Positions 21,433 through 32,690 are shown, numbered from the stretch's first letter. The stretch: DNA of 64,000 nt from an uncultured Methanosarcinaceae archaeon (GCA_963721455.1 CAVRJG010000054.1:96001-160000), one strand, 5' to 3'. Notes: generated by a model not told the origin, from the letters alone. Numbers and translations are program-made.

Positions 21433-22473
21433 TTGCCACCAAAGATTGCAGAAGTCATTGAACATGACGTATGCGCAGCCTGTGGAGCATGCGAGGCCGT
21501 ATGTCCCATAGGGGCTGTTACCGTAAAGAAGGCGGCAGAAATTCGAGATCCGAATAATCTGAGCCTTTATGAGAAAGGGGCTGGATATCAGGTTTGTGAA
21601 GGTTGCTTAACCTGCAGCAGGGTCTGTCCGGTAGTAGACGGATTCATCGAGAACGAACTTGCAAATGTGCGCAAGTTTTTTGCCGCAAAGTCCAGAGACA
21701 GTACCGGTAGCCAGGATGGAGGAGTGACCAGCGGTATCCTTAAATCCCTTTTCAAGCAAGGCAAAATAGACTGCGCCATCGGAATTACCCGAAACGAGAA
21801 ATGGGAACCTGAAGTAGTTTTACTGACAAGTGCGGAAGACGTCGAGAGGACAAGGGGAACCAAGTACACCTCCGACCCGGTTGTTGCAGCTCTCAGGGAA
21901 GCTTTCGAAAAGTATGACCGGATTGCAGTTGTAGGGGTGCCCTGCCAGGTTCATTCTGCACGGCTGATCCGGGATAATGTAAACGAAAAGATCGTGCTTA
22001 TTATCGGCTTGCTCTGTATGGAAAGTTTCCATCATGAGGTTATGCTTGAAAAGATCATTCCCGATGTCCTTAAAGTCAAGATCGAAGACGTCAGGAAGAT
22101 GGAGTTCACCAAAGGTAAATTCTGGGTCTACACCGATGACGGCGAGGTTCACTCAGTACCCATTAAGGATGTGGCCAAGTACGCCCGGAACCCCTGCCAC
22201 CACTGCTGTGACTACACTTCGGTCTTTGCCGACATTTCGGTAGGTTCTGTTGGGGCTCCTGACGGGTGGAACTCGGTCTTTCTAAGGACAGATGTCGGAG
22301 AGAAATACTTTGATATGGTCCGCGACGAAATGGAAATCATGGAAGATCCCAAGCCGGGCCTCGAACTTGTAGGAAAGCTTATCGATATGAAGCGCAAAAA
22401 CAATGCTGAACATTTTCTGGAAGTCTGTAAAGAGTTCAGCTTTGAGACAGGAATCCGTAATGAAACGATCTGA
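21433..22473 (+). CDS. fpoF: F420H2 dehydrogenase subunit F (FrhB family with N-terminal 2x[4Fe-4S])
   Basis: CAACGACEAVCP, CEGCLTCSRVCP, QDGGVTS and GVPCQ; adjacent to mer as in Methanosarcina. Confidence 0.92.
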   Translation: MPPKIAEVIEHDVCAACGACEAVCPIGAVTVKKAAEIRDPNNLSLYEKGAGYQVCEGCLTCSRVCPVVDGFIENELANVRKFFAAKSRDSTGSQDGGVTSGILKSLFKQGKIDCAIGITRNEKWEPEVVLLTSAEDVERTRGTKYTSDPVVAALREAFEKYDRIAVVGVPCQVHSARLIRDNVNEKIVLIIGLLCMESFHHEVMLEKIIPDVLKVKIEDVRKMEFTKGKFWVYTDDGEVHSVPIKDVAKYARNPCHHCCDYTSVFADISVGSVGAPDGWNSVFLRTDVGEKYFDMVRDEMEIMEDPKPGLELVGKLIDMKRKNNAEHFLEVCKEFSFETGIRNETI

Positions 22474-22528
22474 AATCAGAATATATCCAGAAAGATAACC
22501 CAAATACAATTAGAGGTTGGAACCCGGG

Positions 22529-23050
22529 ATGATACGAGCTTTCTACATTGGACGTTTTCAACCGTATCATTTCGGGCACCATACCATAATTACGCGGATC
22601 GCAGAAGAGGTTGACGAACTGGTCGTAGGCATAGGAAGTGCCCAGAAAAGTCATGAAGCCACTGATCCGTTTACGGCAGGCGAAAGGGTGCTGATGCTAT
22701 ACAACGCGCTTGAAAATCTCCCTATCCGCCATTATGTTCTCCCTATCGAAGACGTCAGGTATAACTCTATCTGGGTCCACCATGTTGCGTCCCGAACGCC
22801 CAATTTTGAAGTAGTCTATTCGAACAATCCGCTGGTTATCCAGCTCTTCCGGGAAGCCGGGGTTTGCGTAAAAGAATCTCCTCTTTATGTTCGGGAAAGG
22901 TACTCAGGCACGGAAATCCGAAGACGTATGGTCGCAGGGGAAAAATGGGAACATCTTGTTCCAAAATCAATTGTGGAAGTAGTCAGGGAAATCGACGGAG
23001 TAACTCGCCTTAGGAATGTTTCTGCCAGTGATAGTAACTCTTCGTTGTAA
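22529..23050 (+). CDS. nadM: Nicotinamide-nucleotide adenylyltransferase
   Basis: GRFQPYHFGH, PFTAGER and SGTEIR. Confidence 0.92.
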   Translation: MIRAFYIGRFQPYHFGHHTIITRIAEEVDELVVGIGSAQKSHEATDPFTAGERVLMLYNALENLPIRHYVLPIEDVRYNSIWVHHVASRTPNFEVVYSNNPLVIQLFREAGVCVKESPLYVRERYSGTEIRRRMVAGEKWEHLVPKSIVEVVREIDGVTRLRNVSASDSNSSL

Positions 23051-23103
23051 CATTTTTATAATGATTTTATAGTCTGTTTTCTTCCTCTAAATCTAGCCTC
23101 TCT

Positions 23104-23272
23104 TTATTCTTTAGTTCCCTTATTCTTTAGTTCCCTTATTCTTCAGTTCCTTTATTCTTTAGTTTCTCTACTTTTCATCTTTCTCTACTTTTCATCTTTC
23201 TCTACTTTTCATCTTTCTCTACTTTTCATCTTTCTCTACTTTTCATCTTTCTCTACTTATCACCTTTCTCTA
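23104..23272. repeat. Two abutting pyrimidine-rich minisatellites: 16-bp ttattctttagttccc (~4x), then 17-bp tctctacttttcatctt (~6x)
   Basis: Directly visible; no spacers. Confidence 0.9.
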
Positions 23273-23849
23273 CCAAGCCATCAAATTCTTGAGATTCGCA
23301 GAGATGAATTTTATTGATAATTTTCGGATTTTCTAATAATCTAAATGCAGCTATTTTTCTTGCTATACGTTAGCATCAACTCATTATACATTTTTTAGAG
23401 AAGTGGGTGAACCAAACAATTTGATATATGTTTAAGAGAAAATTTCTTATAAAAGAAGGTACTATTTCTATTTGTGTACTCTTAAAACTTTTTCATACAA
23501 ATATACGGTCATTTTCGATGTGTTTTGTGATAATGCGTTTCAACGTTTAACCTGAATTTGACTTTCCAGGTTAACTGCTGCAACGGATATTCTGATAAGA
23601 CACGTTGATAAGTGCCTTTAATCCGAAGAAGTTATAGGTACATAAACTTTTAAGACATACAGTTTAATTTTCAACTGTTTGTTAAGAAATAGTACAGAAA
23701 GATCACTCAATCATATGAAAATATATCTCCCTGATAAATCGGGGGGTTTAATCCGGAAGAGTATATTTTCATTGTCAGTGAGAATTGGATTTAAAAACCA
23801 ATAGCTTTGAAAATTTTTATGATTGAGTGTATACTATGGAGGAAATATT

Positions 23850-24323
23850 ATGCGAAGAACTATATTCAAGACAATATGTGTTTTTACGCTGGTCTTCTTT
23901 GTCATGTCAATGACAGGAGCAGCAGCATGCAGTAAAGCTAAAGTAGATGCAAAAGATGATAAATTTGGTGTTGACCTTTGTAAAAAATCTAATTGTTTTA
24001 ACGTACTGAAGAATGACAAGGGATGCGTCAAAGTTGTGACTACAGGAACTATCAAGACCGCAAAGGGCGGCCAGGTGAAGATGAAGAGTAACGGCAGTTT
24101 TTGCTATGTAAAGCCGGTTTCCTGTTCTAAAAACAGTGACAGCTTCACATACAAGACAGTAGGCAAGAACGGAAAATTCGACACTGCAAAAGTTACACTG
24201 AACTTCAAATGCACTGACTGCTTAAAGAAGTCTTCTTCAGGCAGTTGCTCTTCAGGTAGCTGCTCTTCAGGTAGCTGCTCTTCAGGTAGCTGCTCTTCAG
24301 GGTCTTGCTCCACCTGTAACTAA
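23850..24323 (+). CDS. Exported Cys-rich protein with cadherin/Ig-like (Big_9-type) module and (SSGSC)n tail
   Basis: Signal peptide MRRTIFK...AAA; DAKDD...NVLKND...GSFCY...DSFTY pattern; GGAGG RBS before ATG at 23850. Confidence 0.75.
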   Translation: MRRTIFKTICVFTLVFFVMSMTGAAACSKAKVDAKDDKFGVDLCKKSNCFNVLKNDKGCVKVVTTGTIKTAKGGQVKMKSNGSFCYVKPVSCSKNSDSFTYKTVGKNGKFDTAKVTLNFKCTDCLKKSSSGSCSSGSCSSGSCSSGSCSSGSCSTCN

Positions 24324-24399
24324 GCACTTTTAAGGGAAAAGGAAGTTTTAATCTTCCGGGGATCTGATCCCCATCTCCCTTACTACTTTTAAAAAATAA

Positions 24400-24948
24400 T
24401 TAAGGAACCAGATCAATCCAGTCAATGGATCCGGGTTCATACTCCGACAACTTTTCTTCACTGCCGCTTAAAATGTAATCTATGATTTTTTCGATATCCT
24501 GTCCGGTTTCTTCAATTCTTTTTCCTGTCGTATCGACTTCAAAAACCTTTTTGCACCACTCAAAAGCTTCAACCAGGATTACGTCGAGAGCTTCGGCCTC
24601 AAAGTTTTCTCTTATTTTCTCTTCCGAATAGCCGCGTGTTTTCAGCCTCATTTTTAGTTCAGGCGGATATGCTCTGAGTATGATAACAATATCCGCAATG
24701 TAATGGGCAAGGTGACTTTCAAGAATTATTACCTCATTTTCCTTTCCATTAATTATCTCTGCAAGGTGCTCCCGGACAAGTTCCATATCTGCAATGACCG
24801 CATCCCTTTTCTCATCAATTTCGGTGTAAAGATGTTCCTCTTTGATCAGGTCATTAAGGTGGATTATCTTCCAGTGCCTTTTTCCTCCAATAAATTTACT
24901 TACTGAGGTTTTTCCAGTACCCGGTGTACCGGTGAGTCCTATTAACAT
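24400..24948 (-). CDS. Archaeal adenylate kinase family (AK6/Fap7-like)
   Basis: GTPGTGKT, ESHLAH and RGYSEEKIREN. Confidence 0.88.
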   Translation of the reverse strand: MLIGLTGTPGTGKTSVSKFIGGKRHWKIIHLNDLIKEEHLYTEIDEKRDAVIADMELVREHLAEIINGKENEVIILESHLAHYIADIVIILRAYPPELKMRLKTRGYSEEKIRENFEAEALDVILVEAFEWCKKVFEVDTTGKRIEETGQDIEKIIDYILSGSEEKLSEYEPGSIDWIDLVP

Positions 24949-25309
24949 GTAGAGGAAAATGAATTTATAGCAGTTATACTTAATGCAACCCTGAGGGAAT
25001 CAGTACCGAATACTCAGGCCTATTGTCTCGTCTGCTTCTCAATCCAGGAAGTCTCACCTGCAGCTTTGATACTGCTTTTTTAGAGTCATATTTTACTAAA
25101 AAAGAACTCTTTTTTTAAGAATTAACTTTGCAAATTTTTCGGCTTTCCCCTCTACGGGTCATTTGCCGGGAGATGAATCCTGCTTCACGAAAACTAAAAA
25201 TGTCAGGTCCAGAAAAAATCCCAGACCGAAATTTCCACAAAATGCTGGAGATGATCGCAACAATATATTTTTCTATCTGGATTTCTTTGTAATGTCAATC
25301 AGAACCATT

Positions 25310-25555
25310 TTATTCTTTCAAAGTCCCGACAACAGGATAATCCTTAAATATTTCAGGCCCATGTGGTGCCTCGTCCATTTCTTCAGTGAGGTCCTTCCCG
25401 GCATCGTGAAGCCCCTGGTGGGTACCTTCTTCCCATAGGTAACTGTCTGAGACATCATAGACCTGGCCTTGATAGGCAACATATACTTTCCCATTTTTAC
25501 CGTTGTACTCTTCAAGTTCTTCAAGTGTGTATTCTTTCATTTTCCATATCTCCAT
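25310..25555 (-). CDS. Cytochrome b5-like heme/steroid-binding domain protein
   Basis: YTLEEL..YNG..VYVAYQGQVYDVS..W..G.H..H.AGKDLT..APH. Confidence 0.88.
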   Translation of the reverse strand: MEIWKMKEYTLEELEEYNGKNGKVYVAYQGQVYDVSDSYLWEEGTHQGLHDAGKDLTEEMDEAPHGPEIFKDYPVVGTLKE

Positions 25556-25604
25556 TCTGATTTATAATAATTCGCTTGATTGGTGCCTGCAATTTCGGCT
25601 GCAG

Positions 25605-27698
25605 TCATACATTTAACATTTTTAACATTTCATTGATTTCAGTAGTCGGAAGCTGGCATTCATAGTTCTGGCAGACATATGCAGTAGCTTTTCCTTCTAT
25701 GGGGACCTGCATTTTCGTATATGTTGCAAGATTTGTAATTTCGGGATCTTTTCCTTCTGGCCTGAATACCAGCACTTTATTAGGAATGAAATAAGTCCAG
25801 AGCTCTTCGAGCATATGTCCTGTATCCGGAGCTTCATGTTTTCCCGCGATTACCACTTCATATGCAGGACCCAACCCGAAGTCAAGAGCTGACAGGAACT
25901 GGGTATATCCTGATGGTATTTTTCTGATCAGTTTTGAAAAAGCGCGTTCCAGACCTTCAGCTATATCTTCCAGTTCAGGATTTGCAGTCATTCTGGAAAG
26001 CCGAAGAAGATTCAACATCTCAATGGAATTCCCGGATGGCATAGCTGCGTCCGCAAATTCTTTTTTCCTGAAGATAAGCGATTCACTGTCATCGGCGGTA
26101 AAGAAGAGCCCCCCATGAACAGGATCCCAGAAGTGCTCAAGAAGTTCCCTATTAAGGCAAAGAGCTGCTTTAAGATAGCGCAGTTCAAATCCGGCCTCGT
26201 AAAGCTCGAGGAGTCCGTGGATCAGGAAAGCATAGTCATCGGCAGCTCCGGAAATGCCAGCTACTCCGTCTCTATAGCGGTGAAGCAATCGCTTATCGGG
26301 ACTGTAAAATCTCTTGAGGATGAAATCAGCGGCTTTCTCGGCTGCTTTCAAATACTTTTCCTCGCCAAAAGTCTGGAAACCTTTTGCAAGAGCTGCAATC
26401 ATAAGCCCATTCCAGTCGGTCAGAACTTTATCGTCTCTTGCAGGCCTTTTACGTTCGTTTCTGGCTGCCATGAGCTTTTCTTTAGCCAGTTTTACCCGGC
26501 TCTCAATCTCGTCAGTGGGAATTTTCAGTTCGGCGGCGAGAGATCCAGGAGAGAGGGGCATATAAAGGAGGTTAGTTCCGGTTTTTTTGCCTCTTATTTC
26601 TTCTTCAAAGTTACCTCCTTCCTTCAGATTGAACACTTTTATGATCAGTTCGGAATCCGAAGGGCTAAGAACATTCCTGATCTCTTCTAAAGTCCAGAGA
26701 TAATACGTTCCTTCTTCTCCTTCGACATCTGCATCTTCCCCACAGTAAAACCCACCTTCCGGAGACGTCAGATCTCTTAACACGTAATCAAGGATTCCCT
26801 CTGCCGCTTCTTTATATAGCTTTTTTCCGGTAACCTGATAGGTTTCTGTATATGCGGCTGCAATGAGTGCCTGGTCGTACAGCATTTTTTCAAAATGGGG
26901 GACAACCCACATTTTATCTGTGGAGTAGCGGTGGAAACCCGAACCCAGATGGTCATGGATTCCTCCCCTGTACATGTTATCCAGGGTATATTCTACCATA
27001 TGGAGGGCTTCAGGGTTTCCGCTGCGCCTCCAGTAGCGGAGCAAAAAGAAGATTTTGTGCGGAGTAGGAAACTTTGGAGCTCTTTCAAAGCCGCCATATT
27101 CACTGTCAAACGAACTCAGCAGTTCGTCATAAGCTTCCTCCATTATTGCTTCCCCTATCCCCTCTCCTGCAGACTCTGAGATCATATTCTGGATAGTATA
27201 TGTGATTTTTTCAGCCGAATCAAGCACTTCTTCATGCTGCCTGTCCCAGATCTCCTCTATTCTGGGCACGAGTTCTAGCATCCCTGTCTGGCTAAAACGG
27301 GATTTTTTCGGGATATAGGTTCCTGCAAAAAAGGGCTTCCTGTCCGGAGTCATGATAATATTCAGCGGCCAGCCGCCTCTTCCAAGAATAATCTGGCAGA
27401 CCGTCATGTAAACGTTGTCAATGTCTGGCCGTTCTTCCCGATCTACCTTTATGCAAACAAAAGCCCTGTTCATGAGTCCTGCTACTTCTTCATCCTCAAA
27501 AGATTCATGTGCCATTACATGACACCAGTGGCAGGTAGAATAACCAATTGAGAGAAAAATAGGTTTATTTTCGTTCCTTGCTTTTTCAAAAGCCTCTTCT
27601 CCCCAGGGATACCAGTCCACAGGATTATATGCATGTTGCAGGAGATACGGGCTCTTTTCATTGATCAGGCGGTTAGATTTTCTCTGTTCCTTCCCCAG
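25605..27698 (-). CDS. YyaL/SSP411-type thioredoxin-domain protein (DUF255)
   Basis: [28 protein letters not shown] and [10 protein letters not shown]; start uncertain (CTG at 27698 follows GGAGGG; track start 27833). Confidence 0.88.
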   Translation of the reverse strand: MGKEQRKSNRLINEKSPYLLQHAYNPVDWYPWGEEAFEKARNENKPIFLSIGYSTCHWCHVMAHESFEDEEVAGLMNRAFVCIKVDREERPDIDNVYMTVCQIILGRGGWPLNIIMTPDRKPFFAGTYIPKKSRFSQTGMLELVPRIEEIWDRQHEEVLDSAEKITYTIQNMISESAGEGIGEAIMEEAYDELLSSFDSEYGGFERAPKFPTPHKIFFLLRYWRRSGNPEALHMVEYTLDNMYRGGIHDHLGSGFHRYSTDKMWVVPHFEKMLYDQALIAAAYTETYQVTGKKLYKEAAEGILDYVLRDLTSPEGGFYCGEDADVEGEEGTYYLWTLEEIRNVLSPSDSELIIKVFNLKEGGNFEEEIRGKKTGTNLLYMPLSPGSLAAELKIPTDEIESRVKLAKEKLMAARNERKRPARDDKVLTDWNGLMIAALAKGFQTFGEEKYLKAAEKAADFILKRFYSPDKRLLHRYRDGVAGISGAADDYAFLIHGLLELYEAGFELRYLKAALCLNRELLEHFWDPVHGGLFFTADDSESLIFRKKEFADAAMPSGNSIEMLNLLRLSRMTANPELEDIAEGLERAFSKLIRKIPSGYTQFLSALDFGLGPAYEVVIAGKHEAPDTGHMLEELWTYFIPNKVLVFRPEGKDPEITNLATYTKMQVPIEGKATAYVCQNYECQLPTTEINEMLKMLNV

Positions 27699-27718
27699 TA
27701 AAATCCCTCCGGCTTTTT

Positions 27719-27997
27719 TCAGGCTTCTATTTCTTGCCAGACAGGCACTCCGCCTTTCAGGACTTCCACTTTCCCGGAACCCTCCCTGGCCAGGATCCTG
27801 GCAGCTGTTATCGCCTGCACGCCTGAAAGACATACAATGGCGATTTCTCTTTCTCTCATGCTCTCAAATTCCAGTAATTTTAAATAATCCTGAAAATGGT
27901 CCTGCATCAAGTCTACAGGTGTGATGCTTTCCGATTCCTCTGTCTTTTGAATGCAGGCCTTACAGGGACGCGAATTTAACTCATTAATAGTGTCCAT
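27719..27997 (-). CDS. Rhodanese-like domain protein, possibly degenerate
   Basis: [30 protein letters not shown]...W matches the rhodanese C-terminal half. Confidence 0.55.
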   Translation of the reverse strand: MDTINELNSRPCKACIQKTEESESITPVDLMQDHFQDYLKLLEFESMREREIAIVCLSGVQAITAARILAREGSGKVEVLKGGVPVWQEIEA

Positions 27998-28384
27998 TCT
28001 AACTCCCCTCATCTAAACTCGCCAAATATTTAATTCCAAACGAATGGCCAACCTTGCAGCGGATTCGTTTATCTCTGGATGTAATGGTGATTTTTTTCTC
28101 AAGTTTCTGATGAATCCCCAAAACTGAAAAACTAGGTATAGCCAAATTTCCCCACTTTAAATATTCATCCCCTGAATATCAATATATCGGTATTTTGGCT
28201 GATCATTTTTCTAATATGATTAAAAAGTTAGAGAGGCAATTTTAGAAGCCGTGTGGGCAGAATACCTCTAGTTCGTAAACATTTATTTTAAGGCTCCTGC
28301 ATGTTTCTTCACAAAAAACAATTTATTGAACTGACGTGGCATTATTTCTGTGCTATTTATCATAGCTGTAATTTACAGAATATC

Positions 28385-29326
28385 TCAGGAGATGCCCTGT
28401 TTTTTTACTGGCTGAATCTGTCCAAGGTCTTCTCGTTTTTCCCCCTGATTTCCGATCTCCAGGAAGCTTACCACCTCTGAAACCCTGCACGATTGTTCCT
28501 GTTTTTTTTCGGCTTTCCGAGCCTGATATACCCTGATAGAACGAAGAAGGTCGATTTTTCGGAATTCTGGCCAGAAAGGAGCACAGAAATAAGTAGCACA
28601 TTCGCTTCCGTTAGCCTGCCAGGGAAGGAAATTAGAAACTCGTTCATCGCCGCCGGTGCGGATGATCAGATCCACATTCGGAACAGAGACTCCCGGGGCA
28701 GGATAGAGATGTTTAGAAATAAGATTTTCATCCACTTCTTCAAGGGAAAGTTTCCCGCTGGAAATACAGCCTGCAATGTCCCGGACAGCCTGAATTATGT
28801 CTTGCCTGCCTCCATAAGCAATGGCAACGTTCAGGTGAAATTCCCTGTAATTTTCTGTAGCTTCTTCTATCTTCTCAATTGACTCATTCAGGAAAGCAGG
28901 TAATTTTGACCTGTCTCCTATGGCGCGGACTTGCATTTCTTTTTCATGCGTCCTAGGGTCGGAATAAATTTTCAGGAACTTTTCGTTGATAAGATTAAAG
29001 AGACCGTCAACTTCTTCTTCGGAACGCTGGAAATTTTCCGTAGAAAAGGCATAAAGAGTAAGCTGTTTTACCCCTATCTCATAACACCACTCAATCACCC
29101 TTTCGGTAACTTCTGCTCCGATCGCATGCCCGACACTTCGGGCTTTTCCCAGCTGCCCCGCATACCTGCGGTTTCCGTCCATAATCACAGCTATATGATG
29201 CGGAATTTCGGAATTAAGAATTTCAATTTCGAGTCTCCGCTCATACTCAAGATAGAACATACTGAAGATGCGGTTTTTCAAAAAACGAAGTCCCGCCCGG
29301 AAGATTCCCCTGTTCCTAGGTACCAT
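28385..29326 (-). CDS. uppS: cis-polyprenyl diphosphate synthase (UppS family)
   Basis: [20 protein letters not shown] and [16 protein letters not shown]. Confidence 0.93.
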   Translation of the reverse strand: MVPRNRGIFRAGLRFLKNRIFSMFYLEYERRLEIEILNSEIPHHIAVIMDGNRRYAGQLGKARSVGHAIGAEVTERVIEWCYEIGVKQLTLYAFSTENFQRSEEEVDGLFNLINEKFLKIYSDPRTHEKEMQVRAIGDRSKLPAFLNESIEKIEEATENYREFHLNVAIAYGGRQDIIQAVRDIAGCISSGKLSLEEVDENLISKHLYPAPGVSVPNVDLIIRTGGDERVSNFLPWQANGSECATYFCAPFWPEFRKIDLLRSIRVYQARKAEKKQEQSCRVSEVVSFLEIGNQGEKREDLGQIQPVKKQGIS

Positions 29327-29739
29327 TTTTAGACTCTTTATGTGTTTTCCCTGAGAATATCCAGATCTCAGAACTGTCTGTGTAGATTTCTCTTAATAGA
29401 GTTTAATACCTTCTCTTGTTCAAGATATTAATATTTCTTTTGCTTACAAATCCTATATGCATGAAAAATCTACTTATATATTTATTATCCAGTTGCCCTG
29501 TTCTTTTGTCATATTTTGCATTGGTACAGCAGCAGTAAGCCAGTATATGCTACGGTAGCTTCCTCTCTAGCTGGGAACCTCAATTTAGGGACATAATGAA
29601 GCCTGTTAATGTTATTTGCAGGCTATTCCTGACAAATCCGTTCGATCTGCTCTGATTGATTATAAGATCCTTCATTTTTCTCATGATCTCATTAATTCCC
29701 ATCCACGATCCAGCACCAATTTTTGACAACTTGAGCCTG

Positions 29740-29900
29740 GAAACACATGGAAAGGGTGTGCTGTGGGATGTCACGGCCAACTGCAGACCGGTTCCTATTC
29801 TAGAATTCTCTCCAATTTTGATCCCTTTATGCTTATATTCCGAATTAATAGAAACACAAAATCCTATTTTTATAGGAACTGTGCTTCTTGGGCACGTATA
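29740..29900 (-). pseudogene. Degenerate hexapeptide-repeat acyltransferase fragment
   Basis: Minus-strand translation PIKIGFCVSIN...KGIKIGENSRIGTG resembles the left-handed beta-helix C-terminus (compare 50310-50843 PIKIG...GVEIGENSIIGIG). Confidence 0.45.
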
Positions 29901-29993
29901 TCTAATGGTCGGATTACTTTAGTATGCAGGCAATATATACCGACTTCTAATTTCAGCAAATACCTTGTTGACATTAAATAAGTATATTGAATT

Positions 29994-31567
29994 GTAACTA
30001 TTCAGCCATACCTTTAGTAAAAGCAATTTTTCCTCTTTCCGAGGAAAAATTGGATATAAAATGAATCAATTCTCTCCTTGATGAAACGTGAAGAGATTCT
30101 TGCTTTGTGTGCTTCAAACCCTGAAGTTATTGCTTACATTGAGAGTCTTGAATCTCAAATTAAAGAAATCACTGAAAGATTAGTAACCTTAGAGGCTCGT
30201 TTGAATCAAAACAGCCAAAATAGCAGTAAACCTCCTTCAACCGATGTTTTTTGTAATGAAAAACCTAAACCTAAGGGTCTGCGAAAGAGTAGCGGCAAAA
30301 AAGCTGGTGGCCAAAAAGGTCATCCTGGAAAGACTCTTGAAATGGTTGAAAACCCTGATTAGATTATATTCAATTCACCGGACTGCTGCGAAAATTGTGG
30401 TCATCATCTTGAATATACTGAAATTCAGGACTATGAACGCAGACAAGAAGCTGAAATTCCTCCTGTTCAAATCATATTTACTGAACATCGTTGTGAAATC
30501 AAGAAGTGTCCTCACTGCGGGAAAGTTAACAAAGGCTCTTTTCCAGAGTCTATAAAATTCCCAATTCAATATGGTCCTCGTCTTTTAGCCTCAATTCTGT
30601 ATTTTAGGAACTATCAATTGATTCCTTATGAAAGGACTTGTGATTTAGTAGAGGATGTCTACGGTATACGTATTAGCCCAGCTACCATAAAAAGAGCCGA
30701 AAAGGAATGTTTCCAGAAACTGGAACCTTTTGAAAAAGCTGCGATGGAACATCTATTAGCAGCCCATACTGCTTATTGTGACGAGACAGGGATGAGAGTT
30801 TTAGGGACGAAATGGTGGCTTCATGTTGTCTCAAACAGTCTGTGGACCTATTATTTCCCGCATCCTAAAAGAGGGACAGAAGCAATGGATGCTCTGGGAT
30901 TCCTTCCGAAATACAATGGAGTAGCAGTTCATGATGGATTCGCTTCATACAACAAGTATGAATGTGAACATGCTCTGTGCAACGCTCATCTTAAACGGGA
31001 ACTTACTGGAATTGAAGAGAATTTTGAGCAGCAATGGGCTAAAGAGATAAATGAACTCCTCAGTGAGATGAAAAAGTATACTGATGAATGCAGAGAGATG
31101 GAAATTTCAATAGATCCAGAAAAAGTAAGAGAATTCGAGAGAATATACGATGCAATAATTCAAGAAGGAATCGAAGAAAATCCACCTCCTGACATCTCTA
31201 AAGATATGGTGAAAAAGAAAGGAAGGCCAGCACAAACAAAAGCAAAGAATCTCCTTGATAGGTTCATAATACACAAGAAACCGATTCTGAGATTCCTAAA
31301 TAACCTGAGAGTTTCGTTTGATAACAATCAAGCAGAGCGAGACATCAGAATGATGAAGCTACAACAGAAAATTTCGGGAACTTTCCGAAGCATAGAAGGA
31401 GCGGTAGCTTTCTGCAGAATTAGGGCATACATATCCTCAATTAAAAAGAATGGCATGAATGTCATGGATGCTATTCTAGCGGCGCTCAATGGAGCGCCGC
31501 TATTATCCTGAGAATTGCAGCATTTTGCTGAAAAAACATACTTTTTCATCAGTGGCTGAATAGTTAC
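29994..31567 (+). mobile_element. IS66-family insertion sequence (single-ORF type)
   Basis: TIRs GTAACTATTCAGCCA / TGGCTGAATAGTTAC; flanking ttgaatt duplication. Confidence 0.92.
30078..31511 (+). CDS. IS66 transposase with one in-frame TAG at 30360-30362 (pyrrolysine read-through or pseudogene)
   Basis: Track ORFs 30078-30362 and 30618-31511 share a frame and the interval is open apart from the TAG; NSSKPPS, CxxC zinc ribbon, DETG, HDG, CNAH, DNNQAERDIR. Confidence 0.85.
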
Positions 31568-31574
31568 TTGAATT

Positions 31575-31770
31575 TTATCTATTCAGCCTGGGCAAAACAA
31601 CCTCAATAGCCATCTTTCATAAGATTTAATGAACAAATTTATCTGAATTAGTTTCCATTAATTGTTGGCTATTGATTACGTTTTTTATTTTTTATTGGCT
31701 AGTAATCACATTTATCTGTGATGTCAAAATCAATATCAATCAACTGATTTTGGGTAGGCTGAATAGTTAC
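31575..31770. mobile_element. IS66-derived MITE (~196 bp)
   Basis: Degenerate left end ttatctattcagcc, right end ggctgaatagttac, followed by attgaatt. Confidence 0.7.
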
Positions 31771-32234
31771 ATTGAATTTATCGATACCCGCCTTAACATT
31801 ATATTGGACTCCTTTTTTGAGAACTATTTAACTAATAAAGGGGGCTGATCTGCCTATAATTTTTTGCTGGGTATTGATAAGTAGACACATTAGAGACGGG
31901 GAGGGGTATGAATTTCTCGGAGATGCTTCACCGAAGGTTCCGCGAGATTTCTACCTTTTATAAGAAGATGCATGGGCGGTTGTACAATTTACAAAATAGG
32001 TGGTAGTAATCTTATCGGCGTAGCTGGCGGATTCAAAGGACTTAAGCAGAATTTGAATAGAGAACACAAGGTTTCTTGTTTCACGAGAGATCTCTAAAAT
32101 GACTAATATATGAAATATGGCAAACAAAACGGTACTCTGCTCGTGTATGTAAAAATATACAAAAAGTTTATTAATCAGATAGTCTATCTCTTAATTGGGT
32201 AAGAGGGTTATTAAGTGTTAATATTTAACAACCT

Positions 32235-32690
32235 CGATTTAACTCTTGATAAATTTCGCCAATTCTGCTCTTCAATATCAAATAACTAGACCTTCATCAC
32301 TATGGACGAGTACGTGACTGCAGGCGATAAGCTTCTCAAGCGTTTTGTATTGATGCGCCACGACGTAGATAGATAGGTCATGGATGCGCTCAGAATCGCA
32401 AATGTAGAAGAGGAATTTGGTATACGGGCAACCTACTACTTCAGAACCAGTAATACATCTTTTATCTCTTGTTGGGACAATGGGAAATTTCATTGAACTC
32501 AATGAGACATATGGATTGTTATTTAATTATAATAATTCTGATAAAGCCCTGAACAAAGCGATCGAACTGGTCCAGAGTCCGAATGTCAAGAACGATTGGG
32601 GGAAAAAGAGAGAACAATTGCTAAAAGACAAATTTGATGTCACTTCGTTTATAGTAAAATTTGTGGAAAAATTATGTGACCAAAGGGGAA
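32235..32690 (+). pseudogene. Fused remnants: polysaccharide-deacetylase-like N-terminus and DUF354-like C-terminus
   Basis: ...FVLMRHDVDR*VMDALRIANVEEEFGIRATYYFRT with two TAG stops, then in another frame MGNFIELNETYGLLFNY...WGKKREQLLKDKFDVTSF. Confidence 0.6.

Noticed and set aside
23104-23272. Possible CRISPR array
   Set aside because: Units are head-to-tail with no unique spacers, and there are no cas genes
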